Virus record (IMG/VR): IMGVR_UViG_3300022218_000008
Location: 1 to 35,801 of that record
Length of the DNA: 35,801 bases
Strand: one strand, 5' to 3'
Source of the DNA: a virus
Lineage: Duplodnaviria > Caudoviricetes
Of the stretch, positions 1 through 7,512 are shown in pieces (within the stretch, counting starts at the first letter, position 1; each line of letters starts with the position of its first letter). The translations under genes were made by a program, and so were the position numbers. The notes under the pieces are model-generated. The model saw only the letters and a list, made by a program, of their open reading frames with translations, ran no database searches and was not told the origin of the DNA.

Positions 1-150
1 ACCTGCGAAAAAAGTATCTCTCGTATTTTCATTCTCTTTTAACCAAATTTGACCAAATGAAAAATGCGTTCCTTTATTTTCTAGTTCGAGGATCTTAGTT
101 CCGATTTCTTTTAAAGTCTTTCCGTTATTCTGATTGCGATTCCATCTGAA
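1..150. repeat. 150-bp terminal direct repeat, left copy (circular-assembly overlap)
   Basis: 1-150 matches 35652-35801 except position 24 (T) vs 35675 (G). Confidence 0.97.
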
Positions 151-225
151 TACGACCGTTTTCCCTTTGATCGCTTCCTTGTTCGCTCTGAAAAATTCCT
201 TTGTTTGTTCTACTGTTAAAATCAT
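1..225 (-). CDS. 5' part of a 116-aa hypothetical early protein spanning the circular junction (MILTVEQTKEFF...)
   Basis: ATG at 225-223 after a repeated promoter and A-rich leader; frame open to base 1 and continues from 35651 to TAA at 35528-35526; not in the ORF track. Confidence 0.85.
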   Translation of the reverse strand, partial: MILTVEQTKEFFRANKEAIKGKTVVFRWNRNQNNGKTLKEIGTKILELENKGTHFSFGQIWLKENENTRDTFFAG

Positions 226-254
226 TGTTTCTCGTTTTTGTTTGTTTCGATATG

Positions 255-284
255 TAAATATAACTATTTATATTAAACCAACAA
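255..284 (-). promoter_or_regulatory. Early promoter copy A (TTG-N19-TATATTTA) with palindromic operator 257-274
   Basis: Matches the Bacteroidota/Flavobacterium housekeeping promoter TTG-N19-TAnnTTTG with one mismatch; member of a repeat family. Confidence 0.8.
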
Positions 285-328
285 GCGAAAATTCGAATTG
301 AAACGATTTTTTTGTCGATTTTTTTTCA

Positions 329-366
329 GGGGGGCGGTTGGGGGCGGTTGCCCCCTCTTCGCCCTT
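329..366 (-). terminator. GC-rich stem-loop containing a 10-bp tandem duplication (GGGGCGGTTG x2, 331-350)
   Basis: Minus RNA GGGGGC-AACC-GCCCCC plus outer GGGCG/CGCCC helix directly after the stop at 372; no U-tract on the minus strand, so role uncertain. Confidence 0.45.
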
Positions 367-371
367 GCCTA

Positions 372-983
372 TTAATAGTACGATGAAACGTATTTTTCTG
401 ATCCATCCCATTTCGAAAAGCATCCGTAATGTCCTTTCGGTGTCGATAGGCGACCTTCTGGGCGAACTGTTAAACCAAATTCATCGCCACCATCCAGAAA
501 CGAATCAGGGTTCGCAACTACATTGTGCGCCATTCCATGCGAGTACATAGAACCCTCGACCATACTTTGCGAGATCTCACGAACCGTAATTCTCTTTTTT
601 GTCATTTTAACAACTTGGTAAAAAGATACGTTCGTTTGCTCATAGCCCCACGAATTGTAAATGATCGAACCAACCTCGAAAAAGTCTGATGCGTTAAGAG
701 CCTTTTGCGCTTCTCTTTTTTCCGCTTTTCTCTTCTCGTCCGCTTTCAAATTCAAATAAATGTTTCGGTACTTTTCTGCGATCCAGTTCTCGCACTCTTC
801 AACGGTTTTAAAAACGATGCTTTTCAAAGTTTTCGTTTTAGACCATTTCGCTTTCGGAGTTGATTTTTCGAATACTACTCTAAAAGGGTGGTTCGGGTAG
901 TTTGTCAAATACTGACGCTTTTCAATTTTGAAAATGTACTTTCCGATTGTTGCTGTGTCGATTGTGTTGTTTACTGTATTCAT
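372..983 (-). CDS. Hypothetical early phage protein (C-terminal SWGYEQTNVxFYQVV motif)
   Basis: 203-aa ORF directly downstream of promoter copy B. Confidence 0.85.
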   Translation of the reverse strand: MNTVNNTIDTATIGKYIFKIEKRQYLTNYPNHPFRVVFEKSTPKAKWSKTKTLKSIVFKTVEECENWIAEKYRNIYLNLKADEKRKAEKREAQKALNASDFFEVGSIIYNSWGYEQTNVSFYQVVKMTKKRITVREISQSMVEGSMYSHGMAHNVVANPDSFLDGGDEFGLTVRPEGRLSTPKGHYGCFSKWDGSEKYVSSYY

Positions 984-1012
984 AACTTTTTGTTTTTGTT
1001 TGTTTCGTTATA

Positions 1013-1042
1013 CAAATATAACTACTTATATTACAATAACAA
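1013..1042 (-). promoter_or_regulatory. Early promoter copy B (TTG-N19-TATATTTG) with operator 1015-1032
   Basis: Exact consensus match and spacing. Confidence 0.88.
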
Positions 1043-1063
1043 GCGAAAAATACGATTGATTCG

Positions 1064-1094
1064 AAAAAAAAGCGCCCCATTTCTGGAACGCCTT
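1064..1094 (-). terminator. Rho-independent terminator
   Basis: Minus RNA AGGCGUUCCA-GAAA-UGGGGCGCU followed by a U run, 30 nt after the HTH gene stop. Confidence 0.85.
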
Positions 1095-1124
1095 CATAGT
1101 GGTCGTTTGACCGAGTATAAATTT

Positions 1125-1352
1125 TTACGATTTTTTTGGAACTTTTACTTTTTTCCCGATCTGGATCAAAGTATCGAATCGCATATTCTTATTTTCGTTA
1201 ACGTACCTGAGCATTTGTATCGGGTGGATTCCGACCTTTTTCGCAAACCCTGTCGGGGTTTCTTTTGTTTCTTTCAGGTGTTTCGTAATTACCTTACGAA
1301 CAGCCTTGTCGAGATCTTTAAGATCTTTTATCGAATCTATCTTAATCGCCAT
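1125..1352 (-). CDS. Cro/XRE-like helix-turn-helix regulator
   Basis: 75 aa, basic; TPTGFAKKVGIHPIQMLRYVNENKNMRFDTLIQI fits the XRE HTH pattern. Confidence 0.75.
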   Translation of the reverse strand: MAIKIDSIKDLKDLDKAVRKVITKHLKETKETPTGFAKKVGIHPIQMLRYVNENKNMRFDTLIQIGKKVKVPKKS

Positions 1353-1376
1353 TTGATTTTTTTTAGTGGTTAATAC

Positions 1377-1733
1377 TTAGAACGGCAAATCGTCGTCCTC
1401 GTTGTTTGGATCTGGTGCGGGAATTTCAGATCCTGTCGATTGTTGCTGAGGTGCAAACGCAATCTTTTCAATACGCCACGCATCTAATGTATTGAAGTAT
1501 TTTATTTCGCCCTGCGGAGAAGTCCATTCACGGCCTCGTAAATTGAACGACACCTCAACGTTATCGCCTTCGTTTATCGCATCCAACATTGCGCATTTAT
1601 CCTGTACCGCTTGGAACGAAATGTCTTGCGGGTACATTGAATTATCCGTAATAACAAATTCTCGCTTTGCGAACTTCTCCGTTACCTGAACCGTATCTTT
1701 TACGACCTTAATTACTCCTTCGATTTTAAACAT
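1377..1733 (-). CDS. DUF3127-family OB-fold single-stranded DNA-binding protein
   Basis: KREFVI, YPQDISF, VSFNLRGREW, YFNTLDAWRI motifs; acidic DDDLPF C-terminal tail. Confidence 0.88.
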   Translation of the reverse strand: MFKIEGVIKVVKDTVQVTEKFAKREFVITDNSMYPQDISFQAVQDKCAMLDAINEGDNVEVSFNLRGREWTSPQGEIKYFNTLDAWRIEKIAFAPQQQSTGSEIPAPDPNNEDDDLPF

Positions 1734-1742
1734 GTTTTCTCG

Positions 1743-2237
1743 TTATTTGATTTGTAAATTTTGATTTTCTACCAGTTGCGCCCCTGCAACGTCGTTGCCT
1801 TCCTTCAAAGCCTTTTTAATATCTACTTTGCGAACCGTTGTTGTTTGTTTAATGGTTACGAACTCCGCAGGTATTTTTTCCTCGTCTAAGATTTCAACCG
1901 AAGTCGATTTTAGAAAGTTGATCTTCATCGTCGGGCTTTCAATCTCTGGAATGTCGAACGTTTGCATGGTTGTCGATACTACATTTTTAAGCCTGTCGAT
2001 CGCATTTGTCCGAACCTTTTTAAGTCCTTGCAACCTTTTAACCTCTTCGTCGATTGCTTTGTTCTCGTACTCCAGAGTTTTGATCGCATAACCGTATTTT
2101 ACGGCTTTCGTTTGTAATTCAGCCTCGCTAATTGCTAACGCTTGTTCGATTTCTGGAGTGATCTCGCCACCCCCTTCGATGATCTCATTAACGACCGATT
2201 GTAACTCTGTCGAGATCTGGAAAATTGATTTTTTCAT
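1743..2237 (-). CDS. Siphovirus gp157-family protein
   Basis: Coiled coil then SVEILDEEKIPAEF...IKKALKEGNDVAGAQLVENQNLQIK; sits between ERF and SSB genes. Confidence 0.88.
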   Translation of the reverse strand: MKKSIFQISTELQSVVNEIIEGGGEITPEIEQALAISEAELQTKAVKYGYAIKTLEYENKAIDEEVKRLQGLKKVRTNAIDRLKNVVSTTMQTFDIPEIESPTMKINFLKSTSVEILDEEKIPAEFVTIKQTTTVRKVDIKKALKEGNDVAGAQLVENQNLQIK

Positions 2238-2250
2238 TTGTCTTTGTTTG

Positions 2251-2625
2251 TTATTGATTAATAATATAAATATCGTCGCTAACTTTTTTAAGCGTAAATA
2301 TTTTTCTGTCTTTTCCTGTTGTCGCTGTTTTTAAATCTGGTAACATGTATTCGACAAATGCTTTCGCATGAAAAACTAGATTTTTTTTAGGTTGGTTTCT
2401 TCCATGAAGCGTTATCCCTTTTTCATTTGTGAACACAAAACAAGTCGCATCGCCAATTTTACCGATTCGAACCTGAGTTTTATTGCTGTTAATGTCCTGA
2501 GAAAACGTTACTCCGTATGTTTTGTTTTTTCCGTTTATATTATACCAAACCGATACGCTGTTTTCCCCTAATTTACGACCTCGACTTCCTTGTTCGAAGT
2601 CCATGAATTGAATTAAATTTTCCAT
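2251..2625 (-). CDS. Hypothetical protein
   Basis: 124-aa ORF inside the recombination operon with an A-rich leader. Confidence 0.75.
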   Translation of the reverse strand: MENLIQFMDFEQGSRGRKLGENSVSVWYNINGKNKTYGVTFSQDINSNKTQVRIGKIGDATCFVFTNEKGITLHGRNQPKKNLVFHAKAFVEYMLPDLKTATTGKDRKIFTLKKVSDDIYIINQ

Positions 2626-2646
2626 TTTACTACGTTTTTATTTGTT

Positions 2647-3363
2647 TTATTGGTGTTTACTTTCATCCGCAACCTTTTCAAGTTCCGCATCGAGTTTCTT
2701 TTCTTCTGGTGTTTGTTCTGGTTCTTCGTCCTTCAAAGCCTGTTCGAACTCCTTTAATTTATCTCGCTGTGCCTTTGTTAACGTGAACGCTTTTTTCAAC
2801 TCTTCAACGCTGTACTTTTCCGCCTCGATTTGTTTCAAAGCATTGTCGAACCTTTCATCGTCTAACGATACTTTTTTCATCTTAACAGGTTGTTCGACCT
2901 CTTCCGAGTGAACAGCATCCGCATCGTCGATTGCACCTGTCGGAACTAAAAAAGTGTAAAGTAGCGCATATTTAAGCGCATACGTAGTCGCTTTTCCTGC
3001 CGATTTATCCTGTGGATCTATTCCATGACCGTAGCCGACAATCTCCATCGAATCGCCCGATTCATGCATTAATAAATACGTAACTTTTACCTCAGTAAAA
3101 ACCGACTGTTTTTGTCGCACGACTTCTTTTTGATTCCAGACTTGCGTTTCCTCCCATCTATCGACCTTTATTTTTGGCTCGATATTAATTGGAATGATCG
3201 TCAAACCATTTTCCGACATTGCTTTTCCGATAACATTTTTAACGTCCTTGTCGGAAACACCTTTGTACGTGTTGTTACCTGTTCCGACCGTAAGGTTTTT
3301 TTCAATACCTTTTACGCTTTGCATTACGGCAATAATTGCCTTCGTTAATTCTACGTTTTTCAT
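2647..3363 (-). CDS. erf: ERF-family single-strand annealing recombinase
   Basis: LMHESGDSM, DKSAGKATTYALKYALL and DDAD motifs. Confidence 0.88.
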   Translation of the reverse strand: MKNVELTKAIIAVMQSVKGIEKNLTVGTGNNTYKGVSDKDVKNVIGKAMSENGLTIIPINIEPKIKVDRWEETQVWNQKEVVRQKQSVFTEVKVTYLLMHESGDSMEIVGYGHGIDPQDKSAGKATTYALKYALLYTFLVPTGAIDDADAVHSEEVEQPVKMKKVSLDDERFDNALKQIEAEKYSVEELKKAFTLTKAQRDKLKEFEQALKDEEPEQTPEEKKLDAELEKVADESKHQ

Positions 3364-3390
3364 TTTACTATGTTTTTTTTGTTTGGTTTA

Positions 3391-3398
3391 CAAATATA
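3391..3398 (-). promoter_or_regulatory. -7 element (TATATTTG) of the recombination-operon promoter
   Basis: TAnnTTTG 27 nt upstream of the ERF ATG; operator palindrome degenerate. Confidence 0.65.
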
Positions 3399-3439
3399 AC
3401 TTTTTACAATTTAAAAACCTATATTTTGTTTCGATTATT

Positions 3440-3688
3440 TTAAAGGTTTTCGCCTGTGATTTCCTCGATCATTTCATGTAAATACGCACCTGCGTTAACA
3501 GGGTGTTGCGATCCTGAATGAGATTTTTCACTCAATATTTGCCAGTCAGAAACCCAGATATTTTTTCGCATTACAGTTGTCGCATATTTGAACGCTAACA
3601 TGAATCTATTCGATACCGTAATTTTCATTGAAAATGGTTCGTTAGTATTAAGATCAACCCCCGTAACTTTTAATGTTTGTAAATTCAT
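3440..3688 (-). CDS. Hypothetical early protein
   Basis: 82-aa ORF directly after promoter copy C. Confidence 0.8.
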   Translation of the reverse strand: MNLQTLKVTGVDLNTNEPFSMKITVSNRFMLAFKYATTVMRKNIWVSDWQILSEKSHSGSQHPVNAGAYLHEMIEEITGENL

Positions 3689-3717
3689 AACTTTTTGTTT
3701 TTGTTTGTTTCGTTATA

Positions 3718-3747
3718 CAAATATAACTACTTATATTAAACCAACAA
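3718..3747 (-). promoter_or_regulatory. Early promoter copy C (TTG-N19-TATATTTG) with operator 3720-3737
   Basis: Exact consensus; flanks identical to copy A on one side and copy B on the other. Confidence 0.88.
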
Positions 3748-3787
3748 GCGAAAATTCGAATTGAAACGATTTTTTTGTCGATTTTTT

Positions 3788-3979
3788 TTAAAGATCCTCG
3801 ATTTCGAACTCCAGATCCTGAGCATTTAACTCTTCTTCGAGATCTTCGATTTGCCATTCATCGAGATCGAGTTCCCATTCTTCCGTTATTAGATCCTCTT
3901 CGATGTGTCCTAACTTGAAAAGAATTTCTTTTCCTTTTCTCCAATCTCTAAGGCTGAATATTAATCGTATTTTTTTCAT
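3788..3979 (-). CDS. Small, highly acidic early protein (possible DNA mimic)
   Basis: 63 aa with a D/E-dominated C-terminal part; start overlaps the upstream stop (TAATG). Confidence 0.75.
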   Translation of the reverse strand: MKKIRLIFSLRDWRKGKEILFKLGHIEEDLITEEWELDLDEWQIEDLEEELNAQDLEFEIEDL

Positions 3980-4200
3980 TATTTCCCGTTGTTTTGATCC
4001 TTCAATAAGCGAACTAAAGTTCCGTTAACCATTACGTAAAAAGATCTGAATCGGAAACCATTTTGATCGAATGATTTAATAACGAATTTTGAAAATCCTT
4101 TATCGCTGAAATTCGCAACAAATTCGTTCAACTCTTCGATGTTGTCTAAGTTCTCGAATCTTCTCTTTGTTCCTTTAAACGCTTTGATTGAAAAATACAT
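3979..4200 (-). CDS. Hypothetical early protein (73 aa, MYFSIKAF...)
   Basis: Start moved from 4236 to 4200 because 4201-4236 is the promoter-proximal leader shared with 7669-7704. Confidence 0.72.
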   Translation of the reverse strand: MYFSIKAFKGTKRRFENLDNIEELNEFVANFSDKGFSKFVIKSFDQNGFRFRSFYVMVNGTLVRLLKDQNNGK

Positions 4201-4237
4201 ATTAAAAAGTTTTTGTTCGTTTGCCACTATCGACATA

Positions 4238-4267
4238 CAAATATAACTACTTATATTTAATAAACAA
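4238..4267 (-). promoter_or_regulatory. Early promoter copy D (TTG-N19-TATATTTG) with operator 4239-4258
   Basis: Exact consensus match and spacing. Confidence 0.85.
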
Positions 4268-4295
4268 GGGGAAATGCGATTTCGTATCGATTTTT

Positions 4296-4706
4296 TTATT
4301 CAATTAGACGTTCGATGCTCGGAAAATCCAACGTAACGCCACGCTCTGCAAAGAATTTAGTAATAACTTCAATCAGTTCATCGATTTGCGATGTTGTTAA
4401 TTTGGTGGTCGATTTTATATCGAACATCGCACTCATAATAGGGCGAAAAATAAAGTCTTTCACGATCTCTGGAGTGTATCGCATTGAAAACGAGTTTCGA
4501 TTCAATCCACTATACGAGAACTCCATTCCGAGTTCGTTTAATTCGTAAGAGATAATCGTGAAATAAACGTGTAGCGCTTTGTTTTGTTGTTGGGTTCTGG
4601 TTATTTTAACTTCGCTTAAATCGCATTGTTTTCCAAGTCGCAACAATTTTGCCGAATACTCTTCAAACCTTTTTCGATCGACCTCATTTTGTAAGTCGTA
4701 TTTCAT
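4296..4706 (-). CDS. NinB-like recombination accessory protein
   Basis: RTQQQNKALH and STTKLTTSQIDELIE motifs resemble NinB/YbcN proteins; nin-region context. Confidence 0.65.
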   Translation of the reverse strand: MKYDLQNEVDRKRFEEYSAKLLRLGKQCDLSEVKITRTQQQNKALHVYFTIISYELNELGMEFSYSGLNRNSFSMRYTPEIVKDFIFRPIMSAMFDIKSTTKLTTSQIDELIEVITKFFAERGVTLDFPSIERLIE

Positions 4707-4891
4707 TACTTCAAAACCTTTTCAACTGTTACCGCAACAGCATTAATACCGAGTTTTTGTAGATCCTCGAAACAATAATCTCGAACATTTTTTTCATCGA
4801 TCGGAACTTTTATCGATGCAGGTTGCCACGTTCCGTACTTTTTTGTTCGATACAGGATCTTTGCCGTCTTTGTTTCTTTTGCTTCATTCAT
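4706..4891 (-). CDS. Hypothetical protein
   Basis: 61-aa ORF overlapping both neighbours. Confidence 0.7.
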   Translation of the reverse strand: MNEAKETKTAKILYRTKKYGTWQPASIKVPIDEKNVRDYCFEDLQKLGINAVAVTVEKVLK

Positions 4892-5219
4892 TTTCGTATG
4901 TTTTTATTTCAAATTTTACGTATTCCTTTCCTTTCAGAACTTTCTTTTTACGGACTAACATTTCTTCGATCAATTTGTCGTCAAATTTATATCGCTTCTG
5001 TAAAATGTCCTGAAATGGTTTAACGGGGTTGTCGAGATCTGAGGCTCGAGAACTAAAACCGAACTCGTAATAAACTGTGAACGGTGGCTCTGGAATAACC
5101 AGATCGTTCGGCAATAAAAAAAGCATGTCCGTTTGATACTTCAAATATTTAACCGTCTTTGATCTTCGACCTCGCCAACATTCGTTAACGCTCAGGGGCT
5201 TTAATTCTATTTTAACCAT
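4884..5219 (-). CDS. rusA: RusA-family Holliday junction resolvase
   Basis: PLSVN and SDLDNPVKPFQDIL...DD catalytic pattern. Confidence 0.82.
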   Translation of the reverse strand: MVKIELKPLSVNECWRGRRSKTVKYLKYQTDMLFLLPNDLVIPEPPFTVYYEFGFSSRASDLDNPVKPFQDILQKRYKFDDKLIEEMLVRKKKVLKGKEYVKFEIKTYENE

Positions 5220-5575
5220 CCTTTCGACCTTGCTTCTTTTGGGTGTTCATGTATGTACGAATGACACTCACGACAAACGGCCATAAATTCCGATACGTCG
5301 TTTAATCTGTTTCCGTTCCTTCCCGCTTTGTGGTGTACTTCCGTAGCCTTGTGCGTTGCATTTCTTTTGCATTTTGGGTTTTGATTTAGAAACACTTTTC
5401 GCAGATCCTTATAAATCGATTCCTGAATTTTCCGTTTCTCTGATTTGTCCGAGATCTTCTTAACAGGTTGTTCGCTCCTGAACTCCTTCTCGCAATCCTT
5501 CGAACATGTCTTTTGTAAAAAGTATTTCGGTTCGAACTTCTCTTTGCATATCTTACAACGTGCCATTAAATTCAC
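5207..5575 (-). CDS. NinG-like zinc-finger/HNH endonuclease
   Basis: CKIC...CSKDC N-terminal finger; EVHH...N...CRECHSYIH HNH core. Confidence 0.75.
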   Translation of the reverse strand: MNLMARCKICKEKFEPKYFLQKTCSKDCEKEFRSEQPVKKISDKSEKRKIQESIYKDLRKVFLNQNPKCKRNATHKATEVHHKAGRNGNRLNDVSEFMAVCRECHSYIHEHPKEARSKGWLK

Positions 5576-5880
5576 TGATTTAATGAATTTAACGTCGGAC
5601 GGGGTGCATTCCAGTTTTCTCGCTTCTGGAGATCTACGTAAATCGTAAAAAGGTTTCCTTTCGATGCATTTGCCAGAGCCGAACGCTTCTTTTTTACCGC
5701 TTCAATTCCAAGCCTATCGACCTCGATGTAAACTTGTCGAATGTACTGTTCGATCGTTGATTTCAAATCCGCATAATATTTGCAATCGCTGTCGAGGGTT
5801 TCAGGTAGTTCGTCGAGGTTTTCTCTAAACCAGTTTTCAAGATCCTTAAACGTCGATTCCTTCGTTAGTGTTCCTTTCAT
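5572..5880 (-). CDS. Hypothetical protein (possibly DUF6965-like)
   Basis: 102 aa, ATGA-coupled to neighbours; DLENWF...LPETL motif. Confidence 0.7.
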   Translation of the reverse strand: MKGTLTKESTFKDLENWFRENLDELPETLDSDCKYYADLKSTIEQYIRQVYIEVDRLGIEAVKKKRSALANASKGNLFTIYVDLQKRENWNAPRPTLNSLNQ

Positions 5881-6596
5881 TGCTTTCTATAATCTGGAGA
5901 ATCAATTTTCGATCCTAAGTTAATAATATTGAACATTTCGTTTATTCGGGATTCAATTCGCCCCCCGTAAATATCCGAAATTTGTTGCCTCGTTAAATTA
6001 GTAGTAACGTGAGTTATACAGCCATTTTTTAAGCCCTTGTATCGCTCAGAAACAATATGCGCCATAACGCAAACCTTATTACCGAAATCTAAAACTGTCG
6101 TTTCCTCTTCGCCCAGATCATCGAAAATACGTTCTACTTTGTCAAACTTATTCGAAAATACCTTAATGCCGTCAAACCTCGCTATTTGATTCGTAAACTC
6201 GTCCTTTTTTAGAAAGCGCATATTCATATCCACGCAGGATTGAAACCCAATCGTAACGCCTTTAATTTTATGGAGATCTCGATACGCTTTCAGCATTTGC
6301 GTTTTCCCAGACCCGAAATTTCCCATTAGCCAAAGACCTTTTGAAAACGAATAACCTTGTTTTTCGAACTTTGGTTCTCGGTTGTAATACTGACAAATCA
6401 ATTCGATCGCCTTCTCGGTTTCCTGATCCATTAACAGCCCCCGTTTATTGTCGCTGTTTTTTCTGCAATAGTTGTCGAGGATCTTAACGAAAGTCTGTCG
6501 CACCTTTACAGGATCGTAAAGAGGTTTATTCGAATGACTGTCTTTCGCTAGTGGTCGTTCTTGCTCGATTGCCGTTAGTATTGTTTTGAGATCCAT
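5877..6596 (-). CDS. DnaC/IstB-like AAA+ ATPase (helicase loader)
   Basis: Walker A GNFGSGKT, Walker B IFDDLGEE, THVTTNL, RIESRINEMF; follows the initiator; start probably MDLKT at 6596 (track gives 6635). Confidence 0.85.
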   Translation of the reverse strand: MDLKTILTAIEQERPLAKDSHSNKPLYDPVKVRQTFVKILDNYCRKNSDNKRGLLMDQETEKAIELICQYYNREPKFEKQGYSFSKGLWLMGNFGSGKTQMLKAYRDLHKIKGVTIGFQSCVDMNMRFLKKDEFTNQIARFDGIKVFSNKFDKVERIFDDLGEEETTVLDFGNKVCVMAHIVSERYKGLKNGCITHVTTNLTRQQISDIYGGRIESRINEMFNIINLGSKIDSPDYRKQ

Positions 6597-7224
6597 TCGC
6601 TTTAAATTTTTGTTCGTTTCTTTTCCATGTTCCAAGTCGTCGAGATATGCTGAACGAAGTCATTTTTTCAAATCGCATTTTTCGATCCTCTTCTCCGTGT
6701 TCCGTCCAATAAGATATAAAATCTTCGAGCATTTTTTTCTCGTGCTGAGATCCAATTTCGAAAACCTTTTCACTAAAAGACTTTTTTCGATCCTCGATGC
6801 TTAGTTTCTTTTTTTCTTCTTTGTCTTTCTCTTTGTCTTTCTCTTCTCTAGTTGCTAAAGGGTCGCTTAAGGGTGGCTTATTCATGGCTTCGTTTTTCTT
6901 TTCAGCCTTACGTTTAGCACCCTTACGCCCTGCTTCGCTTAACTTCTTTTTTCGTGTTGAAAACTCCGAAAACTGTTCGTCCAGAAATTCAATCGAAACA
7001 AATTCGTCGTTATCGTCAACCTGTATAAATTCAGGCACGAGATCCGCTAACTGATTTGTTCGGAATTTCTTCGCTAGTTGTTCATAGGTTACTTCGCAAT
7101 CTCGATGCCAGTAATAAGCGCAAACACTTATAAAAAGCCCCTGCAATTCGTAATCTTCGAGAGTTATGTCGCCATTTAGCCACTCGCCCGAAAAGAATTT
7201 AAAATACGGTAGTTTAATACTCAT
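6526..7224 (-). CDS. Phage replication initiator (DUF1376/YdaU-like N-terminus)
   Basis: LPYFKFFSGEWL...QGLFISVCAYYW N-domain, SEAGRKG, K/E-rich linker, FISYW...RRLGTW C-domain; directly upstream of the DnaC-like gene. Confidence 0.78.
   Translation of the reverse strand: MSIKLPYFKFFSGEWLNGDITLEDYELQGLFISVCAYYWHRDCEVTYEQLAKKFRTNQLADLVPEFIQVDDNDEFVSIEFLDEQFSEFSTRKKKLSEAGRKGAKRKAEKKNEAMNKPPLSDPLATREEKDKEKDKEEKKKLSIEDRKKSFSEKVFEIGSQHEKKMLEDFISYWTEHGEEDRKMRFEKMTSFSISRRLGTWKRNEQKFKANGSQNNTNGNRARTTTSERQSFE
6800..6880. repeat. Putative replication origin: 11-bp iterons (GCTAAAGGGTC GCTTAAGGGTG GCTTA) next to a pyrimidine-rich tract inside the initiator gene
   Basis: Helical-period repeats in the initiator linker, where lambdoid origins lie; sequence recurs at 23342-23370. 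Confidence 0.6.
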
Positions 7225-7466
7225 TTATCGTTCATTTTTGAAGGCAAAACGATACATTGTTTTCCGTTGTGGATCTCAACTCGATACGACTGAGGTTCTT
7301 CCATTAAAGTAACGCCCCACTCCAGAGCGCACCCGTTTGTTAAATTCCTGCCGTAATTTGTTTGCGATAACCTCAGTTTACGTAACACCTTTTCGACCTG
7401 TTTTAGAGCCTCTGAGGTGTCGTTATACTGAACTGAAATGTTCAACATTTTGCTCGATTTCTTCAT
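7221..7466 (-). CDS. Hypothetical protein (81 aa, MKKSSKML...)
   Basis: Start moved to 7466, after the hairpin and the AAACAAACAAAAACAA leader; ATGA-coupled to the initiator. Confidence 0.72.
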   Translation of the reverse strand: MKKSSKMLNISVQYNDTSEALKQVEKVLRKLRLSQTNYGRNLTNGCALEWGVTLMEEPQSYRVEIHNGKQCIVLPSKMNDK

Positions 7467-7486
7467 TTGTTTTTGTTTGTTTAATA

Positions 7487-7504
7487 GGGGGGCTTTCGCC
7501 CCCC
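7487..7504 (-). promoter_or_regulatory. GGGGGGC-GAAA-GCCCCCC hairpin in an intergenic leader
   Basis: Perfect 7-bp stem with GNRA loop; near-copy at 35501-35517; no U-tract. Confidence 0.65.
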
Positions 7505-7512
7505 GTATTTTT

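Noticed and set aside
1-150. Biological terminal repeat (T7-like DTR)
   Set aside because: The round 150-bp length and position in the middle of a gene fit an assembly/read overlap better.
329-350. G-quadruplex on the plus strand
   Set aside because: Only two long G runs plus GG pairs; the complementary C run at 350-355 favours a Watson-Crick hairpin.
3654-3857. Minus-strand ORFs 3654-3857 and 33989-34204
   Set aside because: They run across a promoter or hairpin and overlap better-supported genes in other frames.
4201-4236. Conserved N-terminal peptide or leaderless start (MSIVANEQKLFNM; also MSLLTNEQKLNIM at 7669-7704)
   Set aside because: The ATG is 1 nt from the -7 box, probably at or upstream of the TSS; the similarity is explained by a shared leader, and the downstream ATGs have typical A-rich context.
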